Positions 33,385-42,124 of a stretch of DNA of 52,496 nucleotides are shown in pieces; the first letter of the stretch is position 1, and the number at the start of each line of letters is the position of its first letter. The DNA comes from an uncultured Candidatus Peribacteria bacterium. Its GTDB lineage: Bacteria > Patescibacteriota > Gracilibacteria > Absconditabacterales > Absconditicoccaceae. The DNA is taken from the NCBI GenBank assembly GCA_964494005.1, contig CAZBQE010000001.1, forward strand, positions 8,126-60,621, read 5' to 3'. The notes below the pieces were generated by a model. That model had not been told where the DNA came from, made no database searches, and saw only the letters and a list, made by a program, of their open reading frames with translations. Made by a program: the position numbers and the translations under genes.

Positions 33385-33532
33385 AATTAGCATAATTTGC
33401 TCATTTCATTCGCATAATTTCATTCGCGTATATTTGCTCCCTTTGGTCGCGTAATGTTGATTATTAATTACGACCATAGGGCTAATTACGGACGAAGTCC
33501 TAATATACGTTCCGCAGGGATAAATTACCATT
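33385..33532. repeat. AATTAC-punctuated mini-hairpin array
   Basis: It reads attagcataatttgctcatttcattcgcataatttcattcgcg ... taattacgaccatagggctaattacggacgaagtcctaatatacgttccgcagggataaattacc. Confidence 0.8.
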
Positions 33533-33553
33533 TATTTTGTTTTTTTAAAGTCT

Positions 33554-34156
33554 ATGTTATTCCTCAATATTTCCAGTGATTATGTCCATCTGCTTGATGA
33601 TCAGGACGAACAATTCTTACCCCGTAATACGATAGAAACTAATTTATGACCTGCAATTTTGGAATATACCAAAGCTCATCCCGTGGAGACGATAGTTCTC
33701 CTCAATGGCCCAGGCGGATTCACGAATCTCAGAGTCGGGACATTGACGCTCACTATGATGAATGAACTTTTACTTCACGATACAGGAACCTTTATTCCCT
33801 TGGCTTCGATCACGAAAATTGACTTTTATACTTATGCGTATACTCAAGGTCGATTACCAAGATACGGTATCATTTATATCGGACAGAAACACAATGTACG
33901 AAAATTTGATGCGGAAACTAAATCTTATGAACAGATTACTCTAGAAGATATCACATATTCTGACGACATATTTCTCGATCGAGTTCGTGATCCGTATTGG
34001 AAGAATGATGAACAGATGGTCTTCTTTTCGATGAGCAACAATTCCTTATTTCTCAATTATCGTGGCGATAGTCACAAAATTGAACTCATGGACTTACATT
34101 TGCCAATGACGATGAGTGTAGAACCACAATATATGATTGAGCCAACTATGAACTAG
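33554..34156 (+). CDS. tsaB: TsaB (YeaZ)-like t6A biosynthesis protein
   Basis: IVLLNGPGGFTNLRVGTLTL matches the TsaB GPGSFTGLRIG motif. ATG 33554 joins track ORF 33659-34156 through one TGA. Confidence 0.6.
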
Positions 34157-34293
34157 TTAATAGTGAATAGTTAATAGTGAATAGTGATGGTATTTGTTTT
34201 TGGTATGGACTATTGTATATGTACGATAGTTGATAAGTATACAAATTCTTTCGTTGTTCGTTATTTGTTTTTAGTTTTTCATTCAATGTAGTT

Positions 34294-34701
34294 ATGCAAA
34301 CTAACCACCGCAAAACCAAAGCTATCCTTGGTATCGATCGAGGGACAAAATATATAGGACTTGCCTATGCGCTTCCTGGTAGTGAAGTTGTTTTTCCTAT
34401 TGGTTATATCCTGAATGATCAGATGATGTACTTCAATATCGCTGGTATCATTGAAAAACACAATATCGGGAAAATCATGCTCGGACGACCAGCGAAGCAA
34501 AAAGATATCCAAGAAAAAATTACTACATTTATGAAAAGTCTCAATTATATTATCGAACATAGAGAGATAGAAATCCAGCTGGTAGAGGAGGATTATACTT
34601 CTGTTCAGTCGTGAGAGATAGTTTCCAACTTCAAAAAAAACGCTGCTACTGATACGGTGAGCGCGATGCTTATACTTGAAAGAGGACTTAAAAACAACTA
34701 A
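34294..34701 (+). CDS. ruvX: YqgF-family pre-16S rRNA nuclease / putative Holliday junction resolvase
   Basis: AILGIDRGTKYIGLAYA, KIMLGRPAKQKD and VEEDYTSVQS-G-E match YqgF. Confidence 0.8.
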
Positions 34702-34744
34702 CAACTAACAGTGAATATCTAATAATTACGGAATATTTTTTATT

Positions 34745-34818
34745 GTCATTGCGAGCAAGGCGAAGCAATCTTAATAGAATTATTTAGATTGCTTCATCAC
34801 TTCGTTCTTCGCAATGAC
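34745..34818. repeat. GTCATTGCGAG palindromic element
   Basis: The arm gtcattgcgagcaaggcgaagcaatct faces agattgcttcatcacttcgttcttcgcaatgac. Confidence 0.8.
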
Positions 34819-34957
34819 TAGTCTGCTTACAGCAACTCAATTTCGTCACTTCACGTTGGAATGGTGTTTTTTTTAGTTGACTTTTTTTATAATATAGATA
34901 CAAGAATAAAGTAAACATAAATATAAACTAATAGAAATAGAATAGGAGGAAAAAAAT

Positions 34958-35269
34958 ATGCGCAACAAAAATCTAGAACTAAAATTGATCATGCTCTGTA
35001 ATGAAATCTTTGATTTCTTATGTGCTCCCGGAAATGGGGCTGATATATTGGATATCAGTATAAATGAAATTAGGGGAATGGGAACCATTAGATTAGAAAA
35101 GGTGTCGGAAGAAATAAAAGACGAAATAGAGATTGGAAAATATGAGATATGTTATAAGTGGCAAGAAGGAAATCTTGTCCAAGTGTCACTGTATCATCCC
35201 AAGTACTGTATACTCTACAGTAAGAGTGTGGTACCAGGAACCCAACGTAGGATGTCTCTATCTTTTTAA
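34958..35269 (+). CDS. hypothetical protein (103 aa)
   Basis: Uninterrupted ATG ORF followed by a textbook terminator. Its 3' end overlaps the convergent DUF58 gene. Confidence 0.4.
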   Translation: MRNKNLELKLIMLCNEIFDFLCAPGNGADILDISINEIRGMGTIRLEKVSEEIKDEIEIGKYEICYKWQEGNLVQVSLYHPKYCILYSKSVVPGTQRRMSLSF

Positions 35270-35985
35270 TCCATTAGCAACTCTATCTCACCGCTTGGCT
35301 TTTTGGCTGGAGCGGTTTTTTTTAAGAAAAATTGCTCATAATTTTGCCCATATTCCGAGTCGATCGGGAGTTGAAACAAGAAAACGATATGCTGTTTTTT
35401 GAGGTAGTCGATAAGCTTTTTCGCTTCCTCATCCATTGAGAGAAGATCAGAAAAGATAACGATGGCTCTTCTTTTTTTATTCTGCACAGCAGCGCGCAAA
35501 AATTCATGAAGACGACTTGTATACAAGGGTTTCGTTTTTTGTACCTGAGCGAAAATCTGTTCTAGTGCTGTACGGAATTCGTTTCCATGCTGTTTACTTT
35601 TCATATAAATCAGGTTTGAATTTCCTCGTCGTCTATATGTTGGATAGTATATTGTGACGGCTATTTGCTGTTTTTTGCAATAAGACAAAATATCTTCCGC
35701 ATAGGCAAATGCTTGTTCTCGATTGGGATATTCGCCGCCTCTTCGGTTGTAGTTGATATCCAGAAAAAGATCCAAAGTTAAGGATTTTTCTTGCTGGAAA
35801 ATATTTGTGTAGAGTTCTTGATATTTCGCTGCGCGTTTTCGATTGATCTGCGATGAGCTATCTCCAGCAGAATATTTTCTTACATCAACTTTTTCGCTCC
35901 CCGATCATTTCATGATATGCTGAAAAACACCAAATCGTTTCCCGACTATCGGTTTCGTAAGTTTGATGCTAAATTTTTTTTGCAT
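35266..35985 (-). CDS. DUF58 family protein
   Basis: GSGSEKVDVRKYSAGDSSSQIN-[CGA]-KRAAKYQELY matches the DUF58 signature R-Y-GD---IDWK. It is followed by LDLFLDIN and VIFSDLL. Confidence 0.75.
35290..35324 (+). terminator. rho-independent terminator (lies inside the 3' end of the opposite-strand DUF58 gene)
   Basis: ccgct-tggctttttggctgg-agcgg followed by TTTTTTTT. Confidence 0.55.
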
Positions 35986-36108
35986 ATATGACGACTAAAT
36001 TAATGAAAAATTAAAAGTGAAAAATGAAAAACGAAAGAATTATCTTGTTATGGACTTTAGTAGTGTACAATAGTTCATTTTAGCAATACCACCATTATTA
36101 ATTATTAA

Positions 36109-37428
36109 TTATTCATTTTTCATTATATTTTTCTTGATCTCCTCTTTATCACTCCACTTTCTTTTTCCAAAATTCGTCAGCTGTATAGTCTCATGGCCCT
36201 TTCCAGCGAACATTACAACGTCTCCAGGTTGCACCAATTCGCATGCAAATTTGATCGCTAAGGTTCTTTCTGGGATAGTAAAAAAATCTTTTCCCTGAGT
36301 TTTTTTGACGTTCATCGTCAATTGTTCGAGAATTTCTAATCTATTTTCGGTATCGGGATCATCGTCGGTGGCAATCAAAATATCACTGTATTTATCTGCA
36401 ATTTCTCCCATAATCGGTCTTTTGGTTTTGTCTCTACATCCGGGTGCGCCAAAGACAGTTATTAGTCTTCAGGTTCATTTGATTTTGCTCAAATATTCCA
36501 AAGTCTTTTCCAGTGCATCAGGCGAATGTGCAAAATCCACGAAATAGTAACTTCCGTTATGATGTATCGGTTCCATCCTTCCTGTGATAGGAGCGACTTC
36601 TTCGATAGATACTATTGCTTGTTCCATAGGAACTCAGACTTGGATAGTGACACTGAGTGCAGCCAAAATATTGTAGACATTAAAATCACCGACAAGTTTC
36701 GTATGTACATCATATGACTTACCCAAATAGGTGAATGAGAACTTTGTTCCTACTGGTGATATCTGGATATTTTCCGCTTTGAGATGTGATGAAGCGACAA
36801 CACTGAAACTAACTTTTTTGTCGAATGGCATTTCATCATACCGTTTCCTTCCTACTTTATCATCTGCAGGGAATGAAGCGTATTTATTTTGTTTTTTGTT
36901 CGCAAGAACATATTTAAAAAGTTTTTCTTTGGCTTTGATGTAGCGTTCCATAGTGCCGTGGAAATCCAAGTGATCATGCGTCACATTCGTTAATATCGCA
37001 AAATCAAATTCTACTCATTCAAATCTATATTGATTCAATCCATGCGATGATGCTTCGAGAACGGCGATTTTGCATCCAGAATCTTTTGCTGTTGCCAAAA
37101 TCGACTGCAGATCATAAACATCGAGTGAAGTCATTTTCTTTTTATTTTCTAAATTCTGGTTACCGATTTTGATGTTTGCAGTACTGACCATTACCGTTTT
37201 GGCTACATGATCGTTCAATATTTTGTGAATCAAATTTACGGTCGTTGTTTTTCCATTCGTTCCCGTGACGCCGATTACGAAAAAATTTCTGGAAGGGTAG
37301 CTGTATAGCGTGTTTGCTATCTGTCCGTTCAATTTTTTCCATAACTGATAGATAACGCTATCCTTGAGTAGGAAGTAGAGTTTATCGTAGAAAGTAATTT
37401 TCTTGATGAGTGACTTTAACATACACAT
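36109..37428 (-). CDS. murE: Mur ligase, MurE-like (UDP-MurNAc-tripeptide synthetase), short N-terminal domain
   Basis: [61 protein letters not shown] and VFGAPGCRDKTKRPIMGEIA...ATDDDPDTE match MurE. Confidence 0.85.
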
Positions 37429-37440
37429 TATATATAATAT

Positions 37441-37566
37441 AAAATTATAGATGAGAGATGATAAATGATAGATAAAGGACTTTATTTTTTATGAACTATT
37501 ATAATTTTACTATAGTCTATTTTAGCTATTCAATAATTTATCATTTCAAATTTATCATTTATCATT
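37441..37566. repeat. heptad-periodic imperfect palindrome (GATAAAT family); right arm overlaps the rsmE 3' end
   Basis: The arm attatagatgagagatgataaatgatagataaagg faces caataatttatcatttcaaatttatcatttatcattg. Confidence 0.75.
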
Positions 37567-38268
37567 GTTTTTTAATAGTCGTGCTCCGATGATAGCAGCA
37601 GTTTCCATTCTTAATATCGTTGTTCATAATCCGATGATTTGATATTTCTTGGTCGAAAATTTCTGATAGTCTTTGTTAGTTAATCATCATTCCGGACCAA
37701 TGATTCCGATACTATTTTTTTCTGATTTTTCGATGTTTTCTCGAGATGATTCTTGTTCTTTTTTATCGAAGATAATAATATCTTTGTTGTTGATATATTC
37801 CTGAATGTCTCTAGCGAACGAGATTTCCGGAATTTTCCATCCTCGTGATTGTTCTACAGCTTCCTTACTGATTTTTTGTAATCTTTCTTCTTTTTTTTCA
37901 TTCCATTCTTTGATTACTGATCTTTCTGTTGGTCGAAAAATAATTTCATCAATACCGATTTCACTTAATTTTTGGATAATCAATTCCGCTTTGTCCCATT
38001 TGTTCGGCATAGCGACAATCATCTTTATGTTCCCTGGATTAACGTGATGGTGTGTTTCAGAAAGAATTGTTCCTTGTAATTCTTTATCGTTCCAATTATC
38101 TATACGTACTTCATATCTTGTTTTTTCTGCTTCATTAATAGGATCCTGTATTCGTAGTATATCACCGATGTTTGCTCTCATGACTTTTCTTACTTGCGAC
38201 AAAATTTCAGCACTCTCAATAGTTACTGTATCTGCTTTTTTTTTGTACGTTGTGATAAATAGCTGCAT
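37552..38268 (-). CDS. rsmE: 16S rRNA (uracil1498-N3)-methyltransferase
   Basis: MQLFITTYKK, IGIIGPE-[TGA][TGA]-LTNKDY (the conserved GPEGG) and IIGL-G-TTILRMETAAI match RsmE. Confidence 0.85.
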
Positions 38269-38274
38269 AACAAG

Positions 38275-38409
38275 AAAAGATTGAAAGATTGAAAGATTGA
38301 GACATTGAAAGATTAATTTCTCTCCCGCTTTGCGCGGACTTCACTTCGTTTCGCATTTTTCAATTCTCCATATTTCCATTTCTTCATATTTCCATGTTTC
38401 CATTTCTCC
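38275..38409. repeat. heptad-periodic imperfect palindrome (GATTGAAA family) with a GC-rich core
   Basis: The arm gaaaagattgaaagattgaaagattgagacattgaaagatt faces tttttcaattctccatatttccatttcttcatatttccatgtttccatttctcc. Confidence 0.75.
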
Positions 38410-38457
38410 GTATTTTTGTAGCATTTTGGACTAATAATGCAATAGGACTTCTGTAAG

Positions 38458-38541
38458 AAGCATAAAGTTTCAAGTTTCAAGCCCAAAATTGCTCATTAGC
38501 TACACGGCAGCTTTACACTTTACGCTTTGAACTTTGTGCTA
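38458..38541. repeat. heptad-periodic imperfect palindrome, AAAGTT/AAAGC family
   Basis: The arm gcataaagtttcaagtttcaagc faces gctttacactttacgctttgaactttgtgc. Confidence 0.75.
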
Positions 38542-38629
38542 AGTTTGTTCTCATCTAGTGTATTTGCAATTGCATTTTATTTATTTTTTGCTACATACTA
38601 GAGTATATTTATTTCACGTCAATATTTGT

Positions 38630-39121
38630 ATGATAGAGTACGCAATCACTGCCATCAAGGAGTATATAGCGCAAGGTATTGAGATGAAACCGATATTTTT
38701 GGTAATTATTGTCGGATGTGCTATCCAGTTTACCAAAGTGATTATCGATATTATCAGATACAAGCGTATCTATACCGACCATATTTTCGCATCAGGAGGG
38801 TTTCCTTCATTTCATAGCGGATTGGCAAGTAGCGTAACAATGTTGGTGTGGCTTCATTATGGATTTGATAGTATATTGTTTGCAGTTACTTTTGCGTTCA
38901 GTGTACTTTTTGCATATGATGCGATGAATCTTAGATACGAAACAGGACAACATGCACATTACATCAATGATCTCAGATTAGAATTGGAATCTATACTTCA
39001 AAAAAAAGAGAAGAATCCACTCAAGGAAAGATTGGGACATACTCCTTGGGAAGTTGCGGGAGGAATAATTTTCGCATCAGTTTTGACTTACATACTGTAT
39101 TATATTTACTTTATACAATAA
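38630..39121 (+). CDS. divergent PAP2 (DUF212) family membrane protein
   Basis: ASGGFPSFHSGLASSV, LFAYDAMNLRYETGQHA and LGHTPWEVAGG match DUF212. The start codon is chosen within track ORF 38558-39121. Confidence 0.8.
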   Translation: MIEYAITAIKEYIAQGIEMKPIFLVIIVGCAIQFTKVIIDIIRYKRIYTDHIFASGGFPSFHSGLASSVTMLVWLHYGFDSILFAVTFAFSVLFAYDAMNLRYETGQHAHYINDLRLELESILQKKEKNPLKERLGHTPWEVAGGIIFASVLTYILYYIYFIQ

Positions 39122-39147
39122 ACAAATATTGTGTAAACTCACTATAG

Positions 39148-39280
39148 TTCGCGTAATTTACTTCGCGTAATTACTTACAAATTACGATCAATTACATCCG
39201 CTAAAGCGGATAAATTACATTCAATAGGATAAATTACCAATTACGTTCCGAAGGGACAAATTACGACCGAAGGTCACATT
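39148..39280. repeat. AATTAC-punctuated mini-hairpin array
   Basis: It reads cgcgtaatttacttcgcgtaattacttacaaattacgatcaattacatccgctaaagcggataaattacattcaataggataaattaccaattacgttccgaagggacaaattacgaccgaaggtc. Confidence 0.8.
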
Positions 39281-39422
39281 ATATTTATAGTCATAGAATC
39301 CAATGATAAAATTTGTCGTGCCGAAGCCGGTAAAAAAAATAAAAAGAACATATACCCCCATCGAATCAGACAGAAAAAAGAAAAAAATCTGATTTCATTT
39401 TTTTTCTATAAAGATAATTCGA

Positions 39423-40145
39423 GTGATATTTATTGTTTTTGCTCTTATTTATTGAAGTTTTCTTTTGCTCAAACATACGATATTTGATCATCAATATACA
39501 ATCAAGAGAGTTCTGTATGATTCCGGAGATATCGAACGATATGATGAACCGTATATGTATAAGCGTATAAAAAATTGGATGTTGGATGAAAATTATCACG
39601 TTGTCAAGCGATATAGACAAAGAATAATAAGTGATATTATGTTGCATTATCCGATGGTAACCGATGTCGGAATTGATTATCGTTCCAATAATACCGTATT
39701 TGTGAAACTGACCTTTAGACCAATAAATATGGTTATCAGGAATCAAGAGTTTAGACGAGCTTTGGTTGGAGATGTATTGTTGCCTCTCTATTCTGGAAAT
39801 AATATCGCTAACGGGGTAAAAATTTTGGATATGCCAGAATATTTTAGTGGTATGAATGCGATGACCGGCTTGTTTTTTAGAATTCCTGCCCAGGAATTGA
39901 CGCAGCAAATAGAATTGCTTTATCAATGATTTCCTAATTTGCATCACATAGAATATCTCCCTGGCGGAGAACGTTCTATTGTTTTTCTCAACGGAAGAAA
40001 ATATTACATCAACAATCTTTGAGATATACCAAATCAGATCAGAAATTACGAGTTGCTCAAAAAATATTATAAGGACTTCGAACATCTGTACGAAATCGAT
40101 TTGGGAAGCTTAGGAAAAGATAAAGTAATCGTACGTCAATTCTAA
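39423..40145 (+). CDS. FtsQ/DivIB-like cell-division protein (POTRA-type text)
   Basis: A basic N-terminus and the TM IFIVFALIY-G-SFLLL are followed by IKRVLYDSGDIE-YDEPYMYKRIKNWM, TDVGIDYRSNNTVFVKLTFRPINMVIRN. There is no in-frame ATG upstream, so GTG 39423 is assumed. Confidence 0.45.
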
Positions 40146-40243
40146 ACAAACTATTGAAAAATTGATAATTGAAAATTGACGCGTCCTCGAAGGAGGGAAA
40201 TTGAAAAATATCGTTTCATCGTTTTATCGTTTAGTTATAGAGT

Positions 40244-40711
40244 ATGAACGAACAATTTATGAGAGAAGCGATCAAGTTATCGCTAGAAAATATGCAGAAA
40301 AATGCTGGATGACCTTTTGGTGCAGTTGTTGTCAAAGACGGGGAAATTGTTTGAAAAGGACGGAATCAAGTAATATCTTCCAATGATCCAACTGCTCATG
40401 GTGAAATTGTCGCTATCCGTGATGCCTGTAAAAATCTTTGAACATTTGATTTGTCTGGATGTGAAATCTATACTTCATGTGAGCCATGTCCGATGTGTTA
40501 TGGAGCGATTTCGCGAGCAAGAATCGATAAGATGTACTACGGAAATACAAAAGTTGATGCAGCGAATATTGGGTTCGACGATAGCGCTTTCTGGGAAGAT
40601 ATCAAAAAAGAATTACCTCAGAGAAATATTCCTGTAGAGCAATTATTACACGATGAGGCTTTGGAAGTGTTTAAAATATGGAAGAATAAAGAAGATAAAA
40701 TTATTTATTAA
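40244..40711 (+). CDS. guaD: guanine deaminase (CDA fold)
   Basis: AG-G-PFGAVVVKDGEIV, SNDPTAHGEIVAIRDACKNL-G-, CEIYTSCEPCPMCYGAIS-[CGA]-ARI and GFDDSAFWEDI are closely colinear with Bacillus GuaD (AIYWARP). Confidence 0.85.
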
Positions 40712-40713
40712 AC

Positions 40714-40784
40714 GTAGAGACGTCCATTCATGGCGTCTCATAAAAAAAATGATACAAATAACACGCGATACATCGCGTTTCTAC
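40714..40784. repeat. GTAGAGACG palindromic dispersed element
   Basis: It reads gtagagacgtccattcatggcgtctcat ... acacgcgatacatcgcgtttctac. It is an inverted homologue of 9865-9939. Confidence 0.8.
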
Positions 40785-40811
40785 AAATTATTTACTCTAT
40801 ATATATAAATA

Positions 40812-41999
40812 ATGAAAACCGATTTCCCTATTTTCAAAAACAATCCCTGAATGACATTTCTTGATAATGCTGCTTCGACGCAGAAACCACAATACGTCAT
40901 TGATGGTGTCTCCGAATTTGTCGCACATGATTATGCAAATATTCATCGCGGAGTATATTCCTTGTCAGAAAAATCTGAAGAAGTATATTATCGTTCCAAA
41001 GAATTAGTCGGTGAATTACTCAACTGCAAAGCGAGCGAAATTGTTTACAGCTACAATTCTACCTACGCGATAAATTTGATCGCTCAATCGCTTGTGATTT
41101 CCGATATAATTAATTCTTGAGATATAGTTCTCCTGTGAATTCGAGAGCATCATGCCAATATTCTTCCACGACAGGTTTTAGCAGAGAGAAAATGATTTAC
41201 TGTAGAATTTTTCACTATCAATGATGACTACGACATCGATCGAAATGATTTCGACAAAAAATATACAGACAAGGTAAAAGTTGTTTCTGTGGGACACGTT
41301 TCCAACGTCACCGGAAAAATTTATGACGTCAAAAAGATAAAATCCAAGCTTCGTGATGATACCTTTTTTCTCGTGGACGGTTCGCAATCAGTACCAAATT
41401 TCCCGGTCGACGTGCAGGATATTGGTTGTGATTGTTTGGTATTCACGTGACACAAAATGATGGCGTACACTGGGATCTGAATTATTTATTTAAAAAAAGA
41501 ATGGATCAAGACATTAGTGCCGATGATTCGTGGCTGAGGGACGATTGAAGATGTAAGTGTCGAATGACATACCTTAGCGACCAATTCCGACAAATTCGAG
41601 GCGGGGACACCAAATATTATTGGCGCTGTTTCGTTGTTGAAATCATTGGAATATATCAAATCTATCTGATGAATGGAAAAAATTCGAGAACACGAACAAA
41701 ACTTAGTTAAATATTGTTTAGACGGATTCACAAAATTCAAGGACAAAGTTGAGGTTGTAGGACCGATGAATGCTGATAGGGTTGCTGTTTTTTCTTTCGT
41801 ACTTCCAAATAATAAAAATTTCAACAACATCGGAGAAATATTCGCAGAACACAATATCGCAGTTCGTTGCGGGGGACATTGCGCGTATCCGATTCACAAA
41901 CGTTTCAATACACCATGAACCTGTAGAATGAGTGCATATGTGTACAATGATGAAGACGATATTGCGAAATTCTTTGAGGTGTTAACTAAAATAAGCTAA
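40812..41999 (+). CDS. sufS: cysteine desulfurase (SufS/CsdA-like, class V aminotransferase)
   Basis: FLDNAASTQKP, ANIHRGVYSLS, EHHANILP-[CGA]-QVLAE, SVGHVSNVTG, DGSQSVP, FT-G-HKMMAYTGIG and RCGGHCA match the family. The frame is continuous through many TGA. Confidence 0.88.
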
Positions 42000-42027
42000 T
42001 TAGATATGTTTATAAAATATGTCAAGT

Positions 42028-42056
42028 CTTCCTAGTGTTTAGGAAGGCTTTTTTTT
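42028..42056 (+). terminator. rho-independent terminator
   Basis: cttcct-agtgttt-aggaag followed by gcTTTTTTTT. Confidence 0.6.
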
Positions 42057-42124
42057 GTAAAAAAAATGATTTCTAGATATACTTGTACTATATATAAAAG
42101 CCTTTAAACTTTACATCAAATATT

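Noticed and set aside
34279-34704. 141-aa minus-strand track ORF
   Set aside because: It is antisense to ruvX (YqgF), which has clear family motifs on the plus strand.
39366-40085. 239-aa minus-strand track ORF
   Set aside because: It is antisense to the FtsQ-like gene. The text is low-complexity I/F/Y/S-rich, whereas the plus strand gives family-like sequence and a TM.
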